A DNA stretch of 64,000 nt from an uncultured Verrucomicrobiales bacterium (GCA_938091905.1 CALKOM010000026.1:1-64000), one strand, 5' to 3'; shown: positions 39,327 through 49,704, counted from the first letter of the stretch. Notes: generated from the letters alone by a model not told the origin. Numbers and translations: made by a program.

Positions 39327-41128
39327 ATCCTCTAGTTAATCATCAGGTGTGGCTGCCGATCTTCTTTCTAGCGATCATACAGACTTCCGATGCTGCTGAA
39401 GTCGCCGATCACGTCTTCCTGAACGGAAAGATCGTCATCGTGGACAAGGAAGAAACTGTTGTAACCGCGATGGCGGTTGCTGCCGGAAAGATTCTTTATG
39501 TCGGTGATGTTGCAAGTGCGCGTGCGTACAGAGGGGAGTCGACTCGGGTCTTTGATCTGGGAGGAAAGACTGTTCTCCCTGGGCTGATAGATTCCCACAC
39601 TCATCCGGTGAGTGCGGCGATGATCGAGTTCGATCATGAACTTCCCGAAATGCAATCGATCGCGGACGTTCTTGCCTACATCAGGGACCGGGCTGAGGTT
39701 CTGGGCGAGGGTAAGTGGATCGTGATCCAGCAGGTCTTTATTACGCGGCTTGAGGAGAAACGTTATCCGACGCGCGACGAACTGGATTCCGCGGCACCTA
39801 ACAATCCGGTGGTTTTCCGAACCGGCCCCGATGCCTCGCTCAACTCGCGAGCACTCACCCATTTTAATATAGGCATTGAATCTAAGGATCCAGAGGGCTC
39901 CAAGATTGAACGTGATTCAGTTGGGAACCCAACGGGCATACTGCGAGGGTGGAGCCGGATCGTCAAGATTCCTCACACTGCTTCAAGCTCTCCTCAGCAA
40001 GCCGATCGGCTCGCGCGGCTCCAGACGCTCTTCAGGGATTATAACGCCACAGGCATCACCGGTATCATCGATCGTAACACGTCAACGGAAGGGATGGGTC
40101 TTTATCATGGTTTAGAGAGCTCCAAAGAACTGAATGTACGGGTGGCGATGTCGCGTGCTGTTGGCAACAAAGAGAGTGCTGAAAGGATCCGTGAGCAGAT
40201 TCGTGCGATTGGGCAAGAGCCTGCCAAAGCGACACCGACTGCGATGTTGCGCACCGTTGGAATCAAGATGTTTCTCGATGGAGGTATGCTTACAGGCAGT
40301 GCCTACCTACGCAAACCTTGGGGTCCGAGCAAGGTTTACAGTATTAGCGATCCCAATTACCGGGGATTGCGTTTCATTCCAAACGACAAACTCGAAGCCG
40401 CCGTGGATGAGTGCGCTGCGACTGGTCTTCAGTTCACGGCTCACAGTGTGGGGGACGGCGCGGTGCACGCCCTGCTCGACACCTACGCAAGAGTGGCCAA
40501 GCAACGTCCTATCAAGCATACGAGGCCAAACATCACTCACTGCAATTTCATGAGTGCTGAGGCCATTCGACTCATGGCCAAGCTTGGGGTATCTGCTGAT
40601 ATCCAGCCAGCTTGGCTCTATCTCGATACACGCACTCTGGCCCAACACTTTGGCGAAGATCGGCTCACTTTTTTTCAGCCTCTCAAAGACATCTTCAAAG
40701 AAGGCGTGATCGCCGGTGGCGGGAGCGATCACATGCAGAAAATCGGCTCATTGCGTTCAATTAATCCATACCATCCTTTCCTCGGCATGTGGATCACCAT
40801 CACGCGACGGGCTCGCGGCTACGAAGGCCAACTCCATCCAGAACAAGCCCTCGATCGGATGCAGGCCTTGCGTTTCTATACGATCAACAATGCCTATCTC
40901 ATGTTCCTTGAGGACCAAGTCGGCTCGATTGAAGTGGGCAAGTTTGCCGATTTCATCGTTCTGGATCGGGACTACCTCACGTGTCCAGTAGATGCCATCT
41001 GTAGGATCCAAGTGAACGAGACGTGGCTTGCTGGGCGTCAAGTTTACGCAAGAACAGCGACGGACCGATCACACGCAGTTCATGCTTCATGCCCAAACGA
41101 GAATCTTATTCTTGAACGTCCATTCTAA
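39323..41128 (+). CDS. exported amidohydrolase (YtcJ-like, amidohydrolase_3)
   Basis: DLGGKTVLPGLIDSHTH, KMFLDG, AHSVGD, GGSD and GSIEVGKFADF. Confidence 0.93.
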   Translation: MNPLVNHQVWLPIFFLAIIQTSDAAEVADHVFLNGKIVIVDKEETVVTAMAVAAGKILYVGDVASARAYRGESTRVFDLGGKTVLPGLIDSHTHPVSAAMIEFDHELPEMQSIADVLAYIRDRAEVLGEGKWIVIQQVFITRLEEKRYPTRDELDSAAPNNPVVFRTGPDASLNSRALTHFNIGIESKDPEGSKIERDSVGNPTGILRGWSRIVKIPHTASSSPQQADRLARLQTLFRDYNATGITGIIDRNTSTEGMGLYHGLESSKELNVRVAMSRAVGNKESAERIREQIRAIGQEPAKATPTAMLRTVGIKMFLDGGMLTGSAYLRKPWGPSKVYSISDPNYRGLRFIPNDKLEAAVDECAATGLQFTAHSVGDGAVHALLDTYARVAKQRPIKHTRPNITHCNFMSAEAIRLMAKLGVSADIQPAWLYLDTRTLAQHFGEDRLTFFQPLKDIFKEGVIAGGGSDHMQKIGSLRSINPYHPFLGMWITITRRARGYEGQLHPEQALDRMQALRFYTINNAYLMFLEDQVGSIEVGKFADFIVLDRDYLTCPVDAICRIQVNETWLAGRQVYARTATDRSHAVHASCPNENLILERPF

Positions 41129-41173
41129 TTCTGCTGTTGGTGCTGTCCCGGGCGCAGTTTGCACAGGATCGTT

Positions 41174-41956
41174 ATGAATAGAGTTCTCCTTCCAGCCACA
41201 TGGGAATGGCACGTCGCTCGGGACTACGAAGCGGGCAGCGCGATTGCGGCGGAGAGGCTGCTATTGGCTTGGAGACGAAACCCTGAGTTGCTCCTCTGTG
41301 CCGCGACAGGAACAAGCCCAACGCGAGCCTACGGGTTGTTTGTTCAATTGATGCTGTCCGAAACCAAACGACGAACAGGTCTCCGAATATTGAAGCTCGA
41401 CGAATGGGGCGGATTGCTACCGGATGATCCCGCAACGTGCGAAACGTATCTTCAAGAAAACCTGATCAAACCTCTGGAGATTAGCCCCGATCGTTACCTT
41501 GGTTTTCAAAGCGATACCTCATCGCCTAGCAAAGAGTGTACGCGAGTGAGCGCGTGGCTTGGGGCGAACGGGCCAATTGATGTCTGTGTGTTAGGTGTAG
41601 GCGTAAATGGCCACCTTGGTTTCAATGAGCCAAACGATGCCCTCAACGCCGATTGTCACGTCGCGGAGTTGACGTCCGCATCGCTGTCTCATGCAATGTT
41701 ATCTTCGACGAGTAGGCAGCCGAGTCATGGATTGACAGTGGGCATGCGGGACATTCTGGCGTCGCGCCTGGTTCTCCTGCTCGTCTTTGGCGAGGCAAAG
41801 GCCGAGCAATTGAAACGCCTCGTTACGGGAGGGCTGTCTACGAACTTTCCCGCATCTTTTCTCACGCTTCACCAGCAGGTCGTTTGTGTCTGTGATGAAG
41901 CCGCTGCCGCACGGTTGCCTGAGATTTCTCAATCGATGGCGTCTGATGATCAGTGA
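41174..41956 (+). CDS. glucosamine/galactosamine-6-phosphate deaminase/isomerase family (NagB/AgaI-like)
   Basis: CAATGTSP, KLDEWGGL, LGVGVNGHLGFNEP, GLTVGM and FPASFLTLH. Confidence 0.88.
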   Translation: MNRVLLPATWEWHVARDYEAGSAIAAERLLLAWRRNPELLLCAATGTSPTRAYGLFVQLMLSETKRRTGLRILKLDEWGGLLPDDPATCETYLQENLIKPLEISPDRYLGFQSDTSSPSKECTRVSAWLGANGPIDVCVLGVGVNGHLGFNEPNDALNADCHVAELTSASLSHAMLSSTSRQPSHGLTVGMRDILASRLVLLLVFGEAKAEQLKRLVTGGLSTNFPASFLTLHQQVVCVCDEAAAARLPEISQSMASDDQ

Positions 41957-42192
41957 GTAGGTAGATTCGTCGCCATCGCTCTTCGACCATCGATACTTGT
42001 CGCCGTCTTGGCCGTGACCGGTCTCTCAGAGACGAAAAGCCTGTTTTTCGCGTTCTCCTGGACGAGAACCCGACTTGCTCCAAGATGAAAAATCAGGGGT
42101 TGAAGATGTAGTTTCAGTGATTCTCAAGAATTTTTGCGGAGTTGGGGGCTGCATCTCGCTTGGTGAAATAAGCAACCAGACCCTTGTTCATC

Positions 42193-43599
42193 ATGAAGAT
42201 TCGCTTTCCCTTTATCATTGCCCTCCTAGTTTGCTCTGCCGGTGCCTTTGGCCTCGGCTGGGCGCTTAAACCGGAGTTCGGATCTGAGAACGCCGCTGCT
42301 AGCAGCCTGGGTTTATCAGGTCATGGTGCGCTAGCTCCAAGTAAGCGGAACAAATCGGAAGCGACTTTGGCTGCTGCCAAGGCGAACCCGACGATTGCCA
42401 AGTATCTCAACGGCGGTAAGGTCGCGAGCAACGACATGACTTCGGCCATCAAGGCTATGATGAAGGAGAATGACCCGTTGAAGAAGAATACCATGTTCAG
42501 CGCTTTGCTGAACCAACTCACTCCTGAAAACGCCGAAGCAGCCTTCACGGCTCTACGTGAATCTCGCGGTCGAGGCGGGCGCGGCGGCTTCGGCCGTGGA
42601 GGCGGTGATGAAATGCGCCTCATGCTAAATGCCTGGGGCCGCATTGATGGCGAAAGTGCTGTCGCGAAGCTGACAGCTCTAGCAGATGCCGAACGTGAAG
42701 CGAACGGTGAGAATGGTCGTGGCGGAAGGGGTGGTCGCGATGGAGGAGGTGCTTTTGACATCTACAGTGCTCTCCAAGGCTGGGCGACGAACGATTCAGA
42801 CGCCGCCTTGAGTTATGTTAATTCGCTAGAAAGCGACGGCGAAGGCGATGATCGGCGGAAAAGCATGTATACGAGTGGCATCGTTCGTGGCCTCATGGCG
42901 AACAGCATGGACGAGGCAGTCAACTTCATCACAGCGCTTCCCGCAGATGAGGGCAACTCACGTGGACGCTACATGGAGAATGTCGCCGAGGAAATGTTAG
43001 ATGATGGCGCAGTGACTGCCGCGAAGTGGGTCGATACCCTGAAAGACCCCGATCTTAAGGAGGGTGCCATGGATCGCATAGCCGAGTCCTACGCACGGGA
43101 AGATCTCGACTCCGCAATCGCTTGGGTTGGCGAGCATGCAAGCGAGGACTATGCCAGTCGAGCCGTGACCGAAGTTGCCGAACGCTGGGCGGAAAATGAT
43201 CCCCAAGCTGTGATCGATTGGGCCTCAGACCTCCCTGAAGGCACGCAACAGCGGGTCTTCGAGGAAGCGCTCGACGAGTGGACTGAGAAGGATCCCTTGG
43301 CAGCCAGTGAGTATCTCACTCAGATGCCTGATTCTCCAGTTAAGGACTCCGCAGTCGAGGGCTTCGCCAAAGAGCTCTCGCGTGAGGACCCACAGTCTGC
43401 TGCTGCCTGGGCAGCAACCATTGGCAATGAAGAACTTCGGATCGACACCCTTCAGGACGTGGCTCGCGACTGGGTGCGCAATGATCGTGCTGCAGCAGAA
43501 GCCTGGTTGCCTGCCAGTGGCCTCAACGAAGAGGCTCAACAGAAGGTTCTGGAGGACCAAGGTCGTGGCGGATGGGGGCGTGGAGGCCGTGGGCGCTAA
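42193..43599 (+). CDS. membrane-anchored helical-repeat hypothetical protein with RGG-rich segments
   Basis: N-terminal TM helix; repeated W...DP.AA..W...LP units; three GR/RGG tracts. Confidence 0.82.
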   Translation: MKIRFPFIIALLVCSAGAFGLGWALKPEFGSENAAASSLGLSGHGALAPSKRNKSEATLAAAKANPTIAKYLNGGKVASNDMTSAIKAMMKENDPLKKNTMFSALLNQLTPENAEAAFTALRESRGRGGRGGFGRGGGDEMRLMLNAWGRIDGESAVAKLTALADAEREANGENGRGGRGGRDGGGAFDIYSALQGWATNDSDAALSYVNSLESDGEGDDRRKSMYTSGIVRGLMANSMDEAVNFITALPADEGNSRGRYMENVAEEMLDDGAVTAAKWVDTLKDPDLKEGAMDRIAESYAREDLDSAIAWVGEHASEDYASRAVTEVAERWAENDPQAVIDWASDLPEGTQQRVFEEALDEWTEKDPLAASEYLTQMPDSPVKDSAVEGFAKELSREDPQSAAAWAATIGNEELRIDTLQDVARDWVRNDRAAAEAWLPASGLNEEAQQKVLEDQGRGGWGRGGRGR

Positions 43600-43793
43600 C
43601 AATCATTTCTCCTGTCATTCTTACTTCAACACCCTAACAAACACTAGCATTCTTGAGGGGCTCTGATGACTCTCGGCTGAATTTGAATCGTGGTGGGCTC
43701 TTTTCAGCCAATCTGAGAGCGTTTCAAACTTTCTAGTTACACCTTTCATATGAGTTAGGTGTAGTGGCCTAACCAACGCATGTTCGAAGAATA

Positions 43794-43832
43794 GCCGGGA
43801 TTCTGAATTCATGTTTTTTTTAGAATCCCGGC
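43794..43832. promoter_or_regulatory. 11-bp perfect inverted repeat upstream of the ECF sigma gene
   Basis: GCCGGGATTCT-N17-AGAATCCCGGC. Confidence 0.5.
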
Positions 43833-43852
43833 AACTTTTCAAAGCAATAATC

Positions 43853-44419
43853 ATGGTTTCGCTTACAGCGTCCTCATCTACGGTTAACCAGTCTCGATTC
43901 GAAGAGCTTTGGTCTGAGAACCAATCAGTGATTCGTCGTTATGTATGGTCATTACGACCGGGGTCCTGCGCGATCGAAGACATTTTGCAAGAAACTTCCA
44001 TAGCCCTGTGGCGTAAGTTCGATGCTTACGATACCACTCGACCCTTTGCGGCATGGGGCTGTCGATTTGCTTTGCTCCAAGTGCTTAAGCACAGACAGCG
44101 CTGTGCACGTGATCGGCTTGTCTTCGATTACGAGGACGGGCAGATCGAGCGCACCATCGCTGATCACAGGCCAAACGGTGACATGGTCCGGGCCCGGCAG
44201 GATGCGCTGAAAAAGGCGCTAATGCTTCTAGATGAGTCGCAGCGCCAACTTATACATTGCCGCTACGATTCAAAAGAGACCATCCAAAGCATGGCAAAAC
44301 GCCGGGCGACTTCCGTCCACAGACTCTATCATACCCTTGATTCAGTTCGTGCTACGCTGAAGAATTCTATCGACAAGGTCATGATTAGTGAGGGTTGGGA
44401 ACGATCGGAATTCACCTAG
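43853..44419 (+). CDS. ECF sigma-70 factor, Rhodopirellula/Verrucomicrobium type
   Basis: EDILQETSIALWRKFDAYD.TRPFAAW...RDRLVF, followed by a region-4 HTH. Confidence 0.88.
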   Translation: MVSLTASSSTVNQSRFEELWSENQSVIRRYVWSLRPGSCAIEDILQETSIALWRKFDAYDTTRPFAAWGCRFALLQVLKHRQRCARDRLVFDYEDGQIERTIADHRPNGDMVRARQDALKKALMLLDESQRQLIHCRYDSKETIQSMAKRRATSVHRLYHTLDSVRATLKNSIDKVMISEGWERSEFT

Positions 44420-44463
44420 TTAGGCAATCGCTGCTGCCGACGCTTTGTAACCCGAAAATAACC

Positions 44464-45182
44464 ATGAAATTTCTCCATACACTTGTATTACTAGGCGTCA
44501 CTGTTGCGGGCCTTGTGCACGCCATCGCCAACGATTGGCCACGCTTTCGTGGTCCAAACAGATCAGGCATCAATACGGAAGGCCTGATACCTCCGACCGA
44601 GTGGGATGCTTCCACGAACATGAAGTGGAAATCGATCTTCCAGGGCCAGGGCATGCTTGTCCCATCGTCGTTGGTGAGCATGTATACCTGATGTGTTGGA
44701 TAGGTTTCGGAGTGGAGCGCAATAAGCCTGGTGACCAGAGTGATCTACGTCTGCACCTACTGCGCATTGACGGCAAAGACTGTAAAACCTTCTGGTTCGA
44801 GGCCGTCGAGCCTTCAATACCCGAAGAAGAGTATCGCGGTATGTTCACTCAACATGGCTATGCTACTCACACGCTCGTTTCCAGCGGCAAGAAGATCTTT
44901 GCGTTCTTTGGCAAGTCCGGTGTTGTAGCTTTTGACCTGAAGGGAAAGAGACTCTGGCAAACAAGCGTAGGAAAAGAGTTAGATTGCTGAGGCTGGGACT
45001 CCTCGCCCAGCCCCATTCTCTATAAGAATCTCGTCATTGTTACTGCTTCTGTCGAAGACGAAGCGTTCGTGGCGCTGGATAAGAATACTGGCAAAGAAGT
45101 TTGGAAACAACAAGCTCAAGGCCTTGAGGGCACCTTGGGTATTCCTGCCATTGTCAAAACTGAGGATAGTGCTGACTTGGTT
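44464..45182 (+). pseudogene. PQQ-binding-like beta-propeller protein, truncated pseudogene
   Basis: Signal peptide, DWPRFRGPN, LPGPG, FFGKSGVVAFD and VALDKNTGKEVW; frameshift near 44630, TGA at 44988, 3' half missing. Confidence 0.88.
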
Positions 45183-45535
45183 CATTCGGTTTACCAAGAC
45201 TTCCATGCGCCAGTGCTCTGTCAGAATATGGCTGTCAGTCTCGCCACCGCTAGTCAACCGGCGCTGGATCGGCAGAGAGCTAGCTGTCTGCAGCGCTACA
45301 AGATCCATGTTAAAAGAGCGATCGGCGTGGTGCGAGATCACTTTGTAGGCCTGGTCGCCGTCTCTGCCGAGCGATGGGAAGAGATCATGAATCGGGTAAG
45401 TCTAAGAATGCTTCGAGCGGCCTCCGTTGTTCGCGCAGGGAGATCATTCGAGCGACGAACACCCCGCCGTCTCCCGCGAGCTCAGCCCTACAAGCCCATT
45501 ACTTGAACTAACCTTAACTTAACTCAGTGACATTG
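45183..45535 (+). mobile_element. IS4-family right-end remnant (transposase C-terminus + IRR)
   Basis: SVYQDFHA.VL..N...VRAGRSFER...YKPIT*, then CTTAACTCAGTGACATTG (IS4-type CAATG end). Confidence 0.75.
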
Positions 45536-45570
45536 TGTTGTAACCCTGTGCAAACGCCTGCCGCTTCTTT

Positions 45571-45897
45571 ATGTTCCTCACGGCCACTTTGTCTGATGCG
45601 ATCGGTCAGTATCTCTACACTTCAGGCGCGGAGTGTGCCATCGAGTCGCTCCTGACTTACCTTTGAAATGCTCGTCTTGTAGGTGGCGTTGTTTGATATG
45701 TGGCCGTGATGGTTCTCTTCGTCGCGGCATTCAAGCGCGGCGGATCACGGACCGTCCTCTATCCCATCTATGACAGCACCTTCATCTTCGCCGCCGCAAT
45801 CGCTTGGATGGCTTAGGGCTCCCCGGTGCGCATAGTCAGCGTAGTGGATATACTCCTGTTAGTGATGGGTATGTGGTTGATGGGAAAGGGTTCTTGA
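45571..45897 (+). pseudogene. small 4-TM SMR/EamA-like membrane protein pseudogene (not in the ORF track)
   Basis: One frame: MFLTATLSDAIGQYLY..YL*NARLVGGVV*YVAVMVLFVAAFKRGGS.TVLYPIY.STFIFAAAIAWMA*G...LLLVMGMWLMGKGS*, with three internal stops. Confidence 0.75.
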
Positions 45898-46059
45898 GCC
45901 CATTCAGGAAGTGCTTCAGCTCCATCAGGTCTGTCACCTCACGCGACTCCTATCCTTAGGAGTCACCTCCTGTTGAATCATCGAATTCGCGCCTCGCCTT
46001 CGTCGCAAGTAGGCATGGCCTGGTAAGATTCGTATTTCCGGACACGACTAGGTTCGCAG

Positions 46060-48615
46060 CTAGGGCCAAACATGGACTGGGAACTTCTTTGCCACGGCTT
46101 GGCGATGCTTTGGCCAGTCGCGTGCCAGGAACTGCGGCAAATCTGTCGTGCTAACGAGCTTCTTGCCGTCGGGTGTGCAGAGGCTGAGGCGCAGGGGAAG
46201 TCTACCTTCACAGAGTGTGGGATGATCTTTGTCTTTGAGGGAGAAGCACTCGTTCAGTTTCACCTGGCCTTCTGGTGATCCGTTCAAATAGGAAATTTTC
46301 AGTTTGCGGCTGTCGAGCCAGGGGATGGAGAGCGGTAGTAACTCATTTAGCCAACTGATTTGCCCGTCTTCCAAATGTTGATTGAACGTGGCGATGAGGG
46401 GCGCTGCTTGGGCTTTCTTTACCAGTGTGATCCCAGTGAATGCACGCGCGAGACAGGCGGTGATGGCATCGGTGTCAAACGGGGCAAACTCTAGTTCGGG
46501 TAAGTTGGTATGGACGAGGTTCACGCGAGCGATGAACTGTTTTAGCCGATGACTCATCAGCGGTAGCTCAAAGGCTCCGCTGAGGTGGGCTTCGGCGAGG
46601 CAGCGTCCGCTAGTGAGGGGATCGAGGTCTTGATGTTGTGACTTCTGCTCGATGATGAGATTGCGATAGCGCACGAGTTTCATTGCTGAAACGCGTTTGT
46701 TAGAGGCATCAAAGAGATGCTCCAAAGTAGTGCTCAGATGCTGGGGAAACATCTCGGCGATCCACTCGGGCTTCACGCGAGTGGCGAGGCTGAGTAAGAT
46801 TAGCGGGTTGGAGCCATGCGAGGGTACTTCCCGTAGATTGGCCACCACGAAGAAGGGTGCGTCCTGAACCACGCTTTCGCGCACCAGCTTGCCTTGCCGT
46901 CGCTCGGTTAGATCGCATTCTGGTTTGCCGGGCTCGCGTCGTCTCGCGAGCTGATCTGCGAAGCCGGCCATGAGGCATCGCAGCAGGGAGTCCTCGTTCG
47001 CTGCCGTGCTGTCTGGCGTGGTCTTCCCGTCATTGATACGCTGCTGACGGGCGACTTGCAGGATCTGTTTGTAGGTTTCCTCCACCTGGCGGGCAACGTG
47101 GGCATTGATGCCGTGGCTGCGGCAGCGAGCGAACCCGAAGCCGTTCGCCTGGGCGAATTCGTAAGCACGCATCAGGGTGATGAAGTCAGAGTTCTCGCTG
47201 TCCTCAAACATTTCTCTGGCGGCCCTGGTTTGGGAATCGTCGCGATCTGGGCGAGTGAGCAAGTCGCGACCACTGACCAAGGCGGCACACAGGGCGGCGT
47301 CGGGCACGCAGCCGAGCTGGCTGGCCTCGATTAACATGCGTGAGTAGCGCGGGTGCATCGGAAGGCGAAGCATTTGCCTGCCAATGTTAGTAAGGTCTGC
47401 TTGGTGCAAGGCGCCGAGCATAGTGAGCAGGCGCTCGGCGCGATTGACGGCTTGCAAATCTGGTTTGTCCAGCCAGTCAAAACTAGCGGCTTCCTGGATG
47501 CCGAGCGAGTGCAGCAGTAGGACGACCTCAGCAAGGTCACTTCGTTGGATCTCTGGAGTGTTGCGTTCCTCGCGGCTCTTCTGCCCGATCATGGTCCACA
47601 AGCGATGACAACTACCTGGCGCCGTGCGACCGGCGCGGCCTTTGCGTTGGTCTGCACTTGCTCTGCTAATGGGCTCTAACAGAAGGGTGCCGATCCCGCG
47701 TTCGGCGTCGTAGCGAGCTACACGGGCGATACCGCTATCCACGACGTGGCGAATGCCTTCTATGGTAATGCTAGTCTCAGCGACGTTGGTGGCAACGACT
47801 ACTTTGCGGAGGGCATTTGGGGAGAAGGCGCGGTCTTGCTCCTTCGGCTCTAATGCGCCGTGCAAGGGGATGCAGGAAATTCGCTCTTGCGTCCTCAGGC
47901 TCCGCAGTGCGTCCAGCGTGCGGTTGATCTCGCCGCGCCCGGGCATAAAGACGAGAATGTCTCCAGGAGCATCGTCATGGAGAATGCGCTCCACCGCCTC
48001 AGCCGCCTGATCGGTGATGGCGCGCTGATCGGGGGCATCAAGATAGCTCACATCTACGGGATAGCTTTGCCCTTCGGAGATCAAAATCGGGCATTCTTCC
48101 AAGTAGGTGGCGACAGGCTCGGCATCGAGCGTGGCGGACATCACTAGCATGAGCAAATCGCGGCGCTGGGTTCGCTGCAAGTGTTTTACCAAGGCGAGGG
48201 CGACATCGCTGAGCAAATTCCGTTCGTGAAACTCGTCGAAGATGACTGCGCCGATGTTCGCTAGCGTGCGATCATCTTGAAGCCAGCGGAGTAGAATACC
48301 TTCGGTGACAAAGCAGATGCGGGTGCCGGCGCTGGTGTGGTCGTCGAAACGAATCTGATAACCGACTTCAGCACCGAGTTCGCACTTTCGCTCTGAAGCA
48401 ACGCGAGTGGCCACCGTGCGGGCGGCAACGCGGCGGGGTTGCAGTATGACGATCATCTTTTCGCCAGCGATTCCTTCATCGAGCAGCATCTGCGGGACCT
48501 GCGTGGTTTTGCCCGAGCCGGTGGGAGCGACGAGAACCAAGCGATTGCCAACCCGCAGCTCACGCAGGATGTCGGAATGGATCCTCCAGATGGGAAGCGT
48601 GGTGGGGTCAGGCAT
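46060..48615 (-). CDS. hrpB: ATP-dependent DEAH-box helicase HrpB
   Basis: APTGSGKTT, QPRRVAAR, DEFHER, MSAT, ATNVAETSITI, QRKGRAGR, PMHPR; ends H.WP. Confidence 0.93.
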   Translation of the reverse strand: MPDPTTLPIWRIHSDILRELRVGNRLVLVAPTGSGKTTQVPQMLLDEGIAGEKMIVILQPRRVAARTVATRVASERKCELGAEVGYQIRFDDHTSAGTRICFVTEGILLRWLQDDRTLANIGAVIFDEFHERNLLSDVALALVKHLQRTQRRDLLMLVMSATLDAEPVATYLEECPILISEGQSYPVDVSYLDAPDQRAITDQAAEAVERILHDDAPGDILVFMPGRGEINRTLDALRSLRTQERISCIPLHGALEPKEQDRAFSPNALRKVVVATNVAETSITIEGIRHVVDSGIARVARYDAERGIGTLLLEPISRASADQRKGRAGRTAPGSCHRLWTMIGQKSREERNTPEIQRSDLAEVVLLLHSLGIQEAASFDWLDKPDLQAVNRAERLLTMLGALHQADLTNIGRQMLRLPMHPRYSRMLIEASQLGCVPDAALCAALVSGRDLLTRPDRDDSQTRAAREMFEDSENSDFITLMRAYEFAQANGFGFARCRSHGINAHVARQVEETYKQILQVARQQRINDGKTTPDSTAANEDSLLRCLMAGFADQLARRREPGKPECDLTERRQGKLVRESVVQDAPFFVVANLREVPSHGSNPLILLSLATRVKPEWIAEMFPQHLSTTLEHLFDASNKRVSAMKLVRYRNLIIEQKSQHQDLDPLTSGRCLAEAHLSGAFELPLMSHRLKQFIARVNLVHTNLPELEFAPFDTDAITACLARAFTGITLVKKAQAAPLIATFNQHLEDGQISWLNELLPLSIPWLDSRKLKISYLNGSPEGQVKLNECFSLKDKDHPTLCEGRLPLRLSLCTPDGKKLVSTTDLPQFLARDWPKHRQAVAKKFPVHVWP

Positions 48616-48977
48616 GAAGTGGAGCGCTCATGCTACGGCTCAGCGCAGGAAATGCCAACGTGAAGCGCAGGAGCAACCACGGCCGCCTAAAAGTGCCATC
48701 TCCTCCCTATTGTGGGGCCTCTTTGAAGAACGCACATCTTGGCCCATGCCGAATACTCCTGTTATCTCTGGCTGGCTGGATTGAAGTGTGCGTGAAGCTG
48801 AAGGATCTCAAGCTGCTCGATGATCGGATCGTCTTTCGTCCCTAAATTATCCCGTTCGCACTCAAATTTCTATTGATTCCACCCCTTCTCAAAGCTAAGG
48901 GCCACGACGAAGAGGCCTACGCCGATTCCGCACCGAGACAGGCGACCTTGTCCCACGATAAATAGAAAGTTTTACCG

Positions 48978-49199
48978 ATGGCTGTTACACCAAGCAAAGA
49001 TTACAAACGTCAGGAGCGCGAGCAGAGGAAGATTGATAAGCGCATGGCCCGCGAGGCAGCGAAAGCCAAGAAGCAGGAAGAGGATGCTAAGAGGCAGGAA
49101 GAGGAAGCTAAGCAGCAGGAAGAGGATGCCAAGAGGAAGGAAGAGGAGGAATTCGAGGCAGAACTCGAGGCCGAGCGTCTTTCCAAGGCCGGTGAGTGA
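48978..49199 (+). CDS. small charged coiled-coil protein built from heptad repeats
   Basis: Four imperfect 21-bp repeats (49065-49148) encode AK(K/R/Q)(Q/K)EE(D/E). Confidence 0.55.
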   Translation: MAVTPSKDYKRQEREQRKIDKRMAREAAKAKKQEEDAKRQEEEAKQQEEDAKRKEEEEFEAELEAERLSKAGE

Positions 49200-49704
49200 T
49201 CGCTGTGGTTTTACCACGCTCTTGGTGAGTTAGGAAGCGCTGCCGGGAGCAGCTTAAGAGTCTGTGGAAGGATGGATCTCCTAGTTGCTTCGAGCGCCAA
49301 CAGGCAACTTCATCGATCAAGCCTGCTTTCGTGGCCGTTTATCAACAGGTTAGACATACGGGATCTGTTGAAACGCAAAGAGGAAGAATGAATGAATGGA
49401 TTGTGGGTGAGGGAAATCAGAGGTTCTTCGCGGCTTTTCCGGCCTGGCAATTGTCTCGAACTTTGCGTCCTCGCGTCTCTCATCCGTCGGCATTCATTCA
49501 GGATATTTCCGGCTGAGGAGCGGAAAGGTCGGTCTAGGCCGGTAGATAGATTGAGTAGTGCAAGGCATAAGGAGGGGGCCAGAAGGTGGATTCAGGATCG
49601 ATCATCGGAGTCACTTTGAGGTGGCTGGTCAAAACGGAGCCAATCTGAAGGCTTGGTTAAGGATTCCTGGTAGGTTGAGAAATCAACATTAAACCTACAA
49701 AGAA

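Noticed and set aside
49065..49148. CRISPR-like repeats
   Set aside because: Contiguous coding heptad repeats without spacers, and no cas genes.
49371..49478. Degenerate ACGCAAAG...CTTTGCGT palindrome
   Set aside because: Only an 8-bp match about 80 nt apart; too weak to call.
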